Assembly (NCBI GenBank): GCA_035532215.1 | Contig: DATKRK010000359.1 | Location: 5,198-69,197, forward strand | Direction: 5' to 3' | DNA length: 64,000 bases | Origin: Pirellulales bacterium | GTDB lineage: Bacteria > Planctomycetota > Planctomycetia > Pirellulales > JAICIG01 | Part shown: positions 1 through 8,989 of the stretch, piece after piece | Layout: every line of letters begins with the position of its first letter | Position numbering within the stretch: position 1 is the stretch's first letter | Made by a program: the position numbers and the translations under genes | Notes under the pieces: model-generated | What the model saw: the letters and a program-made list of their open reading frames with translations, nothing else | Database searches by the model: none | What the model was told of the DNA's origin: nothing

Positions 1-336
1 GGCGATGGCTTCAGCCCGGGGAAAGTGCTATTTAGCAATTTCAAGCTCGATCCGTTGTCCGAGCCAGGCGAAAACGTCTCTTCCGCGGTCCAGGGGGACG
101 CAGGAAGCCGTGCACGGCGATTGGAGACGAGAGGGTCGCGTACTGGCGGTAGTCGCCATTCCGCTGGCGTGCGTTGAGTCGCCCTTTGTTCCGCCCGACG
201 CGTATTAATTGACCGCCTCTGTGCTTGCCCGCCTGCGCGGAACTGGCATCGACCCGCGCAGGAACCAGGCGCGTGCGACTGGCAGACCCGCAATTAGTGA
301 TTTCAATGCGGCGGAGCCATATCGACGCTTCAGGCG

Positions 337-3030
337 TTAGCCCTTCTTCTTCGCCGCCTTTTTCTTGGCGGCCTTCTTCGGCGCGGCGGCTTTTTTGGGA
401 GCGGCTTTCTTGCGGCGGGCCTTTTTCGAGGGGCCCATCGCGGCGCGGTCGGCTAAGAGGCGAAGGACCAATTCGGGCGTCAACTCGTCGATGGAAGTTC
501 CCTTGGGCGCCGTGGCGTTGGTCTCGCCGTCGGTCACGTAGGCCCCGTAGCGGCCTTCGAGCAGTTGCACCGTTTGCTTGGTGACGGGCGATTCGCCGAA
601 CGTCTTGAGCGGCTCCTTGGGCGCCCCGAAGCCGCGGCGCATCTTCTTCGGCTGGGCCAATAACTCGACGGCTTGAGCCAGCGTGACGTCGAGCGGCGAC
701 AAATCGCTGGGCAGCGAGCGCGTCTCGGCGCCGCATTTGACGTAGGGCCCGAAGCGGCCGTTGTAAGCCGTGATCGGCTGCCCGGCCAACGCTGGGTTCG
801 CGTCCGGGTGCGGTCCCAACTCGCGCGGCAGCGTCAGCAGCTTCAAGGCGACTTCGAGCGTGATCTCTTCGGGCTGCATGCCCTTGAGCAGCGAAGCGTT
901 TTGCGGCTTTTCTTCGTCCTCGGGCGTGCCGCGCTGCACGTAGGGACCGAAGCGGCCGACCTTCAGATAAACGGGCTTCTGCGTGTCGGGGCAGATGCCC
1001 AGCGGCTCGTCGCCTTGCGAGGCCTGTTCGAGCATTTCGAGCGCCTTGGCGATCGTCAGTTCGTCGGGCGGGAAGCCGTCGGGAATGCTGGCCCGGCGTT
1101 CGCCTTGCTGCAAGAAGGGCCCGAATCGCCCGACGCGGACGAAGATCTCCTCGCCCGGTTGTCCGTTCGCCGAGGGCGCGCCCAACGAGATGCGGCTCAC
1201 GTCGCGGGCGTCGATTTCGTCGACCTTGTGCTTGAGCTGCTCCTTGAGCCCGGCTTGACCGTTGCCGAAATAAAAGTTCCGCAAGTAATCGACCCACTTG
1301 GCCTCGCCGCGGCTGATCGCGTCCAGATCGTCTTCCATCTGGGCCGTGAAGCTATAGTCGACCAACTTCGGCAGGTGAACTTGCAGCAGCTTGGCCACGG
1401 CGAAGGCGGTCCACGTCGGCACCAGGGCGTTGCCGCGCTTGAAGACGTAATCGCGAGCCAGGATCGTGTCGATAATGGCGGCGTACGTGCTCGGCCGGCC
1501 GATGCCCAATTCTTCGAGCGCCCGAGTCAACGTGGCTTCGTTGTAACGGCTGGGCGGCTGCGTCGAGTGGCTCTTGGCGTCCATCGCCCGGCAATCGAGC
1601 GCTTCGCCGACTTTGACGTCGGGCAGCACCGTCTCGCGTTCGGCCAGTTCGGCCTGCGGATCGTCGGAACCTTCGACATAGGCCCGCAAATAGCCGGGAA
1701 AGTCGATCGTTTTGCCGCCGACCTGAAACGCGGCTTCGCCGCCTTCGATGACGATCGAAATCCGCCGACCGCGCGAGTCAGCCATCTGGCTGGCGACGGT
1801 CCGCTTCCAGATCATGTCGTAAAGCTTGAACTCGTCGGCCGATAGCCCGGATCGCAACGACTCGGGGAAGGCGAACGGGTGGCCGGCCGGGCGGATCGCT
1901 TCGTGGGCCTCTTGGGCGTTTTTAACCTTCGTGCGATAGATTCGCGGCTCGGGCGGCAGGTATTCGCGGCCATATTGCGAGGCGACCAGATCGCGCGCCG
2001 CATCGATGGCCACGGTGGCCAGGTTCGTCGAATCGGTTCGCATGTAGGTGATGTGCCCGTTTTCATACAGGCTCTGCGCCGCCTGCATCGTGCGGCGGGC
2101 CGTAAAGCCCAGTTTGCGGTTGGCCTCTTGTTGCAGCGTGCTGGTCGTGAACGGCGGGTAGGGCTTCGACGTGTAGGGCTTGTCCTCCAACGAGGCCACG
2201 CGAAACTCGGCCTGCCGCAATTTGGCGGCCAATTCCTCCGCTTGCTGTCCGTTGAGCAACAGCAAGGTCGGATCTTTCAGTTTGCCAGTCGTCGAGTCGA
2301 AGTCCTTGGTAGCCGGAATCGAACGGCCCTGGTAGCTGACCAGGCCGGCCTCGAAGCCCTCGCCGGCTTGTTTGGCGAACGTGCCGAGCAAGTCCCAGAA
2401 CGTGGCCGAAACAAAGGCCATCCGCTCGCGCTCGCGATCGACGACCAGCCGCACCGCCACGCTTTGCACGCGGCCCGCCGACAGCTTGGGGCGAACTTTC
2501 CGCCACAACAAGGGAGAGACTTCGTAACCGTAAAGGCGGTCAAGGATTCGCCGCGTCTCCTGGGCTCGCACCAGGTCATCGTCGATCTCGCGCGGGTGCG
2601 CAAGCGCTTCTTGAATGGCCTCTTTGGTGATCTCGTGGAACACCAGCCGGCGGACGGGCACCTTGGGCCGCAGCAGCTCGCGCAGGTGCCAACTGATGGC
2701 TTCGCCTTCGCGGTCTTCGTCCGTCGCCAGATAGAGTTCTTTGGCGTCCTTCACCAGCCCGCGAAGCTTGCGAACCTGCTCCGTCTTGCCGGGGGGGACG
2801 ATGTAGACGGGGTTGAAGTTGTCGTTGACATTGACCCCCAGATAGGCCCATTCTTCCTTTTTGAATTCGGCCGGGATTTGCTTGGCGCCCTGCGGCAAGT
2901 CGCGGACGTGGCCGATGCTGGCCTCGATCACGAAATCGCGGCCGAGAAATCCGCCGATAGTGCGGGCCTTGGCGGGCGATTCGACGATCACCAATGATTT
3001 GCCCGTCGCGTTTGCTGCTCGTTTAGCCAT
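337..3030 (-). CDS. topA: DNA topoisomerase I (type IA)
   Basis: 897-aa ORF. The N-terminal Toprim block is 'LVIVESPAKARTIGGFL...HVRDLP'. It has four Cys-less C-terminal repeats (VGRFGPFLQQG, VGRFGPYVQRG, NGRFGPYVKCG, EGRYGAYVTDG) and a Lys/Ala-rich basic tail. Confidence 0.97.
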   Translation of the reverse strand: MAKRAANATGKSLVIVESPAKARTIGGFLGRDFVIEASIGHVRDLPQGAKQIPAEFKKEEWAYLGVNVNDNFNPVYIVPPGKTEQVRKLRGLVKDAKELYLATDEDREGEAISWHLRELLRPKVPVRRLVFHEITKEAIQEALAHPREIDDDLVRAQETRRILDRLYGYEVSPLLWRKVRPKLSAGRVQSVAVRLVVDRERERMAFVSATFWDLLGTFAKQAGEGFEAGLVSYQGRSIPATKDFDSTTGKLKDPTLLLLNGQQAEELAAKLRQAEFRVASLEDKPYTSKPYPPFTTSTLQQEANRKLGFTARRTMQAAQSLYENGHITYMRTDSTNLATVAIDAARDLVASQYGREYLPPEPRIYRTKVKNAQEAHEAIRPAGHPFAFPESLRSGLSADEFKLYDMIWKRTVASQMADSRGRRISIVIEGGEAAFQVGGKTIDFPGYLRAYVEGSDDPQAELAERETVLPDVKVGEALDCRAMDAKSHSTQPPSRYNEATLTRALEELGIGRPSTYAAIIDTILARDYVFKRGNALVPTWTAFAVAKLLQVHLPKLVDYSFTAQMEDDLDAISRGEAKWVDYLRNFYFGNGQAGLKEQLKHKVDEIDARDVSRISLGAPSANGQPGEEIFVRVGRFGPFLQQGERRASIPDGFPPDELTIAKALEMLEQASQGDEPLGICPDTQKPVYLKVGRFGPYVQRGTPEDEEKPQNASLLKGMQPEEITLEVALKLLTLPRELGPHPDANPALAGQPITAYNGRFGPYVKCGAETRSLPSDLSPLDVTLAQAVELLAQPKKMRRGFGAPKEPLKTFGESPVTKQTVQLLEGRYGAYVTDGETNATAPKGTSIDELTPELVLRLLADRAAMGPSKKARRKKAAPKKAAAPKKAAKKKAAKKKG

Positions 3031-3227
3031 GCTACTTGGTTGCCGAAAGGAGTGGTTTAGGGAAGCATACTTCCTGTTTGGGATTGCATTTACGTCGATC
3101 GCACTTACAATTCATCGCCGTTTACGGCTCCTTGCAAAGCTGCTGGCTTTCTCATTAGTATTTGTTATATCAGGCTGTCAAGGCTTGTTGCCCGCTGCGA
3201 GTCAGCCTCCGACCGAGATAGAATACG

Positions 3228-5708
3228 ATGGCATCACCATTTAAGCATTTTCGAAAACATCAAAAAGCCATGCTGGCCGTGATCGGCATTTTGTGCATGG
3301 TCGGTTTTACCGTCGGGCCGTCGACGCTCGACTGGCTCGATATGAGCCGGGCGGCGCAAGACCCGGTCGTTGCGGTCGCTCATGGCGAAAAAATCCGCCA
3401 ATCCGATATGGGCCACATGCGGCAGGCCCGTTATCTGGCCAACCGTTTCGTGCTGGGCTGCCTGCAGTTGGCCCTGAAAGAGCAATTCTTCTATTTGCGC
3501 TTCCAGTACGGCGACCGCCTGGAGCAATACTTCGGTCCGACCACCGACGAGAGCATCGTGCAAACGCGTTTGCTGGCCGAACGCGCCCAGGAACTGGGCA
3601 TGATCGTCAGCGACGACGCGGTCAATGAATTCCTGAGATCGCTGACGCAAGACAAAGTGCCGCGCGAGGGCTTCAAGTCGCTGGTCAGCGAACTGAACGC
3701 GACCCAGGCCCAGATTTTCAGCGCACTGCGGACCGAATTGGCCGCGCAGCGCCTCCGCGAAATGTCGCTGCCCAGTTCTCCAGCGACTCCCGCCCAACGC
3801 TGGGACTATTACCGCCGGCTGAAACAACGGGCCGTGGCCGAAGTGGCGGCCGTGCCCGTCGCCGAGTTCGCCGACGAGGTCGCCGATCCTTCCGCGGAAG
3901 AATTGGGCAAGTTCTTCGACGCTCACAAGGAGCAAGAGCCGCAGCCGCTGTCGCCGACGCCGGGCTTCAAGATTCCCAAGCAAGCGGCGTTTCAATACTT
4001 CGTCGCCGAGTACGACAAGTTCTTCGACGAAGCGGCCGTGACGCCGCAAGAGATCGAAAAATACTACGAAGAGAACAAGGACCAAAAGTACCTGTATTCG
4101 GCGTTCGATTTCCCCGAAACGAATCCGCCCGAGCCGAAGCAGCCCGAAACGGAAGCATCGCCGGCGGAAAAAAAGCAGGACGGGAAGCAATCCGCCCCCG
4201 AGGCGAACGACGGCGCCCAGCCGCCCGAAAAGAAGCCCGAGGCGGCAAAAGAGCCAGCCCCGTCGTCTGAAGAAAAACCAGCTGCTGAAGGAAAACCGGC
4301 TGCGGACGAAAAAACGCCGGCTTCCGACGAAAAAACGCCGGCCGAAGAAAAGAAAGCCAACGAACCGGAAGAGGGCGACCAGTCGTCCTCGCTTTCCGCC
4401 GCCTCGGACCTCGCCGTAGCGGCGTTGAGCGGTCGCCCGTCGCTTCGAATCGCCGGCTTGCTCGAATCGCTGCTGCTGGCCGACGAGTCGGACGTCGGCG
4501 CAAAAACGCCCGACGCCGAAGAGCTGCCGAACGCTGCGCAGGATGCGAAGGAATCGCCCAAAGACAAGACGGACGCGGAACAAGCCGACAAAACAGATGA
4601 CGGCGAAAAGCCCGGCGACCAGCCCGCGGAAGACGTCAAGAAAAAGCCCGCCGCCGCGACGAAAAAGGCGCCGGCCGGCCCGCCGCCGCTGATCTCCGAC
4701 GACTTGCTGCTGAATCGCGATATTCGCTCCGGCGAGAAGCCGAAGTACGCCCCGTTGTGGAAGGTGGAAGCTTCGATCCGCAAGGAGTTGGCGGGCCAAA
4801 AGGCCGTCGAGCGCATGAACCAGGCGTTCAGCGTCATTCAGGCGAAGATGAGCCGCTTCAACCGCGACCTCGATCCCGATGAAACCAACCCCAAGCTGCC
4901 CGACTTGAGCGGCGCGGCCGAGGCCCAGCAGTTGATCGAGCACACGACCGATTTGCAGCCCGCGCTGGCCTTTAAAGACAAATATCCGGCCCTGGCCGAC
5001 GCCACGCCCGACCAGCAAAGTCTGACGGAGCGGCCGCAACCATTGATCGACATCGGCTACGGCGCGATGGCGCCGCTGCGAAGCGTCGTGGTCAAGGACC
5101 TGGCCGGCAACCGCTACCTGGTCTGGAAGATCAAGGATAAGGACGCCTACGTACCGGAGTTGGAAAACGTCCGCGACGAGGTCGTCGCAAGCTGGAAACA
5201 GATTCAAGCCCGCGACTTGGCGCGCAAACGGGCCAAGGCGCTGGTCGACAAGGCGAGTGGATCGAAAAAGCCGCTGTCCGAAACCCTCGGCGTCGCCGAC
5301 GGCGTGAGCGTGACGACGACGCCGGCCTTCTCCTGGCTCACGCGCGGCGCCGCGGCGGGCATGTTCGACACGCAAACGCCGCCCAAACTGAGCGAGGTGG
5401 AAGGCGTTCGAAACGCAGGTTCCGAATTCATGCGGGAAGTCTTCAGCCTGGGCGTCGGCGACGTCGGCGAGGCGATGAACGAACCGCAGACGCTCTGCTA
5501 TGTCGTTCGCGTCGTCAGCCTGGAGCCGTCTCGCGAGGTGCTGCGCAACCTGTTTATCAGCGACCCTTACAGCCAGTACGAGTCCGCTTCGTTCGACGAC
5601 CAGCGCGGCGCCTACGACGCTTGGATCAAAGGCATCGAGCGCGAAGCGCATCTCGAATGGATACAGCCGCCCGACAAGCCGCAAGGCCCGTCGGCAGAGG
5701 AAGAGTGA
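3228..5708 (+). CDS. PpiD/SurA-N-like membrane-anchored periplasmic chaperone with a long acidic Pro/Lys/Glu-rich linker
   Basis: 826-aa ORF. The N-terminus 'FKHFRKHQKAMLAVIGILCMVGFTV' is a basic stretch plus a single TM, as in PpiD. The central ~200 aa are low-complexity (PEPKQPETEASPAEKKQ...). The ends have ordinary globular composition. Confidence 0.8.
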   Translation: MASPFKHFRKHQKAMLAVIGILCMVGFTVGPSTLDWLDMSRAAQDPVVAVAHGEKIRQSDMGHMRQARYLANRFVLGCLQLALKEQFFYLRFQYGDRLEQYFGPTTDESIVQTRLLAERAQELGMIVSDDAVNEFLRSLTQDKVPREGFKSLVSELNATQAQIFSALRTELAAQRLREMSLPSSPATPAQRWDYYRRLKQRAVAEVAAVPVAEFADEVADPSAEELGKFFDAHKEQEPQPLSPTPGFKIPKQAAFQYFVAEYDKFFDEAAVTPQEIEKYYEENKDQKYLYSAFDFPETNPPEPKQPETEASPAEKKQDGKQSAPEANDGAQPPEKKPEAAKEPAPSSEEKPAAEGKPAADEKTPASDEKTPAEEKKANEPEEGDQSSSLSAASDLAVAALSGRPSLRIAGLLESLLLADESDVGAKTPDAEELPNAAQDAKESPKDKTDAEQADKTDDGEKPGDQPAEDVKKKPAAATKKAPAGPPPLISDDLLLNRDIRSGEKPKYAPLWKVEASIRKELAGQKAVERMNQAFSVIQAKMSRFNRDLDPDETNPKLPDLSGAAEAQQLIEHTTDLQPALAFKDKYPALADATPDQQSLTERPQPLIDIGYGAMAPLRSVVVKDLAGNRYLVWKIKDKDAYVPELENVRDEVVASWKQIQARDLARKRAKALVDKASGSKKPLSETLGVADGVSVTTTPAFSWLTRGAAAGMFDTQTPPKLSEVEGVRNAGSEFMREVFSLGVGDVGEAMNEPQTLCYVVRVVSLEPSREVLRNLFISDPYSQYESASFDDQRGAYDAWIKGIEREAHLEWIQPPDKPQGPSAEEE

Positions 5709-5919
5709 TTCCGCCTCGCCCTACAGCTTTCTCCCGCCGCCGGTTTGTGATGCCAGCAGCTCCTTCACGCGGCCAAGCGGGGTTCGTTAATGCGGAAAGC
5801 TTGATTTTTCGTCAGGCCAATAGTCGGCCGCTGCCGATGCTGCGGTGCAAATTTTGGGGCAAAGTACGTTTGCCTGCATGATCGCCCGCGAGCCGCCGCT
5901 TGGCGTGGCGACAGAGACG

Positions 5920-7542
5920 TTAGTTGGCAGTCGGCGGATTCACGACGCCGGGGTTCGCGGGCTTTGCCGCTTGTTGTTGCTTCCAGGTTTGCAACGTCTG
6001 GCGGCAAGACTTGCGAATCCAATCATCGGACACGGCCTCTCCTTGCGGGGGCATCCGCTCCGCCGGCCAATCGAGCGCATACACGTCGCCGTCGATCATG
6101 AGCTCCGGCTTCGAGCGTCGCAACTCGGCAATCGCCCGCAGACAGCCGTCGGTCTCGTCGTGCGGTACGCCCCAGGTTTCCGAGAGCGCTGTTCGCAACT
6201 CGTCGGGCGATTCAAGCCAGGCCTCGTCAAAGCCTTGGATGTGCAACTTTTTCAAGCGTTTGAGCTTGAGCAACGCTTCGAATCCCGCCAGCGAAACACC
6301 TTCGCCGTCGATGACCAGTTCTTCCAGAGTTTCCAACGGCGCCAATTCCGCCAGCCCTGTTTCGTTGACGTTGGCGTCCATGAGACTGAGCGCTTTCAGC
6401 CGCGGCAGAACAACAAGATAACGCAGGTCTTCATCGAAGACTTCTGAAGATTGCAAATCGAGCGATTCCAGATGCTCGAGCGCCGGCAGTTCCGAGAGCA
6501 GGGCGGGTTCCGACGAGCGGAGAATTGAGTGGAGAGCGAGCGATTTCAAATGGGCGCCGTTCAGCAGGGCTAAATCTTGGCTGGCGATCAACCACACTTC
6601 CACGCGGAGATGGCCGAGATGAGGCAATGCAGCAACAGCCGCCAGCCACTCGTTGGAAGTCCCGTCTCCAGCAATCGGGCCGTAACTCCCCGGACCGACG
6701 CTCAATGCTCGCAGTCGTGGCATGCCGCCCAGCGCCTTGCCCGAGTCGCCAGTCAATTCACTAACGTCGATCCGCAGCGTTTCCAGCCCGTGCAATGCGT
6801 TCAGCGTTTCGGCCATTTCGGGGCTGAGGCGATCCGCCGTCAACGCAAGATATCGCAAGTCGGGCAATCGCCTTAGCTCGTCGAGCAGCCGTCGATCCTT
6901 CTCTTCGTCGGCGCTCACGCTCAGTTCCGCGCCGACGATCCGGCGGCAGAAGCGGTCGGCGCCAACGATTTCGAGCCAGCTTGGCCCCGAACGCTCGAAG
7001 CCGACGCGTCCGCTGTGGGCTTCGACGGCGGCGATAAGCGGATCTTGCACGTTCGCCCGGTTGCGGGCGGCAACGAACCAACCGCACAGCGCAGCCGCCA
7101 AGCCCGTTGCGGCCAACAAGGTGCGCAGGCTGAATCGCAAACGCGGCCGGTAGCGGCGCAGCAGCCATTCGCAAACGCCTGCCGGCGCAGCGAGCATGAC
7201 CAGCCAAATCGCCGCATTGCCCGCCAGCCGGCCGGCGTTATAGTTCGAGCCAGCGACGCCTGTGCCGTAAGGGCTCAAAGCAACGATGTACTGGCGCCAA
7301 AGGAGCGGCCAGCCATACGACATGTTCCAGTGGAAAGGGGTCGTTATCCAACTTCGCCGAGGTTCGCGAAGGTCAAAATCCAAATTGATGTAGGCGGGCG
7401 GGGGCGCTCGAATAACTTTTCGCGGGCGGCACTCCTCGCTCAAATTCGCCAGTACGAGCAGCGCCCCGGTCGCCGCCAGCACGACGAGCGTCAACACTCG
7501 CGGTCGATATCGCGAGAAGGCGGCGAAGAGGCGGCGCATCAT
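5920..7542 (-). CDS. membrane-anchored leucine-rich-repeat protein (paralog of 52684..54381)
   Basis: 540-aa ORF with three hydrophobic segments (N-terminal, 'AIWLVMLAAPAGV', 'RFSLRTLLAATGLAAALCGWFVA'). These are followed by repeated L-x-x-L-x-L units (LRYLALTADRL, LETLRIDVSEL, LESLDLQSSEV, LKALSLMDANV...). Confidence 0.85.
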   Translation of the reverse strand: MMRRLFAAFSRYRPRVLTLVVLAATGALLVLANLSEECRPRKVIRAPPPAYINLDFDLREPRRSWITTPFHWNMSYGWPLLWRQYIVALSPYGTGVAGSNYNAGRLAGNAAIWLVMLAAPAGVCEWLLRRYRPRLRFSLRTLLAATGLAAALCGWFVAARNRANVQDPLIAAVEAHSGRVGFERSGPSWLEIVGADRFCRRIVGAELSVSADEEKDRRLLDELRRLPDLRYLALTADRLSPEMAETLNALHGLETLRIDVSELTGDSGKALGGMPRLRALSVGPGSYGPIAGDGTSNEWLAAVAALPHLGHLRVEVWLIASQDLALLNGAHLKSLALHSILRSSEPALLSELPALEHLESLDLQSSEVFDEDLRYLVVLPRLKALSLMDANVNETGLAELAPLETLEELVIDGEGVSLAGFEALLKLKRLKKLHIQGFDEAWLESPDELRTALSETWGVPHDETDGCLRAIAELRRSKPELMIDGDVYALDWPAERMPPQGEAVSDDWIRKSCRQTLQTWKQQQAAKPANPGVVNPPTAN

Positions 7543-7614
7543 CGTGGAGTTCCCCTTTGCCGCCGTTGCCTCAATTCGAACTGCGTTCCTTTTTCTCGTC
7601 CGCTGGTCCCTTGT

Positions 7615-7798
7615 CTGCCGCCAGCTTTAGCTGGTGGTAGGCAGGCATCCCGAAAACCTTGTCTTCTCCCGCCGGCTTCAGCCGGCCTTCTCAACTTTGG
7701 GTCATTCTGGCGCCAGGCAATCGCGAAGCCCGGCTGAAGCCGGCTGGAAAAACAAATCAACTGCGCTCTCCAACCACCAGCTAAAGCGGGCGGCAGAC
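7615..7798. repeat. 184-bp nested inverted-repeat element
   Basis: The outer arms are 7615-7638 'tctgccgccagctttagctggtgg' and 7775-7798 (23/24 complementary). The inner arms are 7671-7688 and 7730-7748 ('ccggcttcagccgg' / 'ccggctgaagccgg'). Confidence 0.85.
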
Positions 7799-7859
7799 GG
7801 GAGAAACAACTCGATCAAGATTGAAGTCCGGCGCCGCCCTGCCGAGTTCGCCGCCGCCT

Positions 7860-8849
7860 TTACGCCGATTTCGGCTTGGCGATGTTCACGTACGCATGCA
7901 CGTGCGGCGAGCCGCGGAAGTGCCAGACGAACCCGGGGCCTTCGAGGCGCCAGATGTCCCACTCCTTGTCGTTGCCCAGGTCGCCGCTCTGGTAGAAGGC
8001 GGCGTGCAGCTTGTCGAGGCCGCCTTCGGCCTTGAGAATTGCGATCGCTTCGTCGACGTCGTCCTGCCGGTAGGGCGCCAGGATGACCTTCATCACGTCT
8101 TCGACAAGTTGCTTCTGATCGCTCGAAAGTTCGCCGACGGCGATGCCGGCAAACGACGCGCCGCCGCCTTGCACCGGCACCTGGTTCTCGAACGGCGCCT
8201 TGGCGAGCAGGGCCTTTTCGCGCTGCTTGCCGTCGAGCGCGGCGAACACCTCGTTGGCCTTCTTGGTCTGGTAGTAGAACACGTTGCCGGGCAGCCCGGC
8301 GTCGCCATCGCCAGCGCCGTGCCCGTAGATGATCGGCCCGCCAAAAGCCGCGTTCTCGACGCTGTCGCCGTCGGCGCGGATCGTCATGTGCCGGCCGGTC
8401 ATTTCGAATTCGAACTTGCCGCTGTCGGGCGTGCCGAACAGCGCGACGTGATACTGATCCAGGCCGCCGGCGTCGTCCTCCATCTGCTTCAAGAACCGCT
8501 CGTAGCCGTCGGGGCTGGTGACGCCACGAAAGATCTCGTCGATCGTGGCTTGCTGCTCCGTGGTGAACAACTCGGCGATCTTCGGCTTGGTGATCGCCCA
8601 GTTGGCGTTGATCGTCGATCGCAACTCGTGATCGAACGGGAAGCAGATCGTTTTGCGTTGTTCGTCGGTCAGCGATTCGTAAAGCCGCTTGGCCGCCGTC
8701 TCGGCGCCAGAGGAAGACTTGGGCGCCGCGTGCGCCGCCCAAGGCGCCACCCCCGCCGCCAGGGCCGCGCCGCCGACGGCTTTGACGAAGTCGCGCCGCG
8801 TCCACGTGCCGTCGCAATCCGGGCAGATCACTCGTTTGTCGCTGTTCAT
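7860..8849 (-). CDS. Tat-exported DUF3500-like protein
   Basis: 329-aa ORF with a twin-arginine motif 'TRRDFVKAVGGAALAAGVA'. The internal 'YHVALFGTPDSGKFEFEMTGRHMTI' and C-terminal 'WRLEGPGFVWHFRGSPHVHAYV' resemble the DUF3500 pattern. The family assignment is from memory. Confidence 0.8.
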   Translation of the reverse strand: MNSDKRVICPDCDGTWTRRDFVKAVGGAALAAGVAPWAAHAAPKSSSGAETAAKRLYESLTDEQRKTICFPFDHELRSTINANWAITKPKIAELFTTEQQATIDEIFRGVTSPDGYERFLKQMEDDAGGLDQYHVALFGTPDSGKFEFEMTGRHMTIRADGDSVENAAFGGPIIYGHGAGDGDAGLPGNVFYYQTKKANEVFAALDGKQREKALLAKAPFENQVPVQGGGASFAGIAVGELSSDQKQLVEDVMKVILAPYRQDDVDEAIAILKAEGGLDKLHAAFYQSGDLGNDKEWDIWRLEGPGFVWHFRGSPHVHAYVNIAKPKSA

Positions 8850-8989
8850 GGCCTCAAGCCTCCGAGGAAAGCTTCGATATGCTCCGCCGCCATCGGGCGA
8901 GCCTGCCGCTTAGTGTACCGCCCGCAAGCGAAAGATACAGCTTTTCGGACGGTTTCTCGCCCGCCGCGCAGAGCGGCTACAATAGCGCG

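Noticed and set aside
1-336. Possible end of a gene running off the left edge (open frames on both strands downstream of topA)
   Set aside because: No frame gives a recognisable or compositionally convincing peptide, and there is too little sequence to decide.
3216-3227. 'gatagaat' -10-like hexamer 3 nt upstream of the PpiD-like ATG, considered as a leaderless-mRNA promoter
   Set aside because: No acceptable -35 at 16-18 nt. A transcript start 6-8 nt after the hexamer would fall inside the start codon region, so this is not supportable without TSS data.
3234-5684. 816-aa ORF on the minus strand, almost exactly antisense to the PpiD-like gene
   Set aside because: The translation is dominated by Arg/Gly/Leu/Val runs and has no TM segment, signal or motif. 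The plus-strand product has normal composition and a recognisable N-terminal anchor. Long antisense ORFs are expected in GC-rich DNA.
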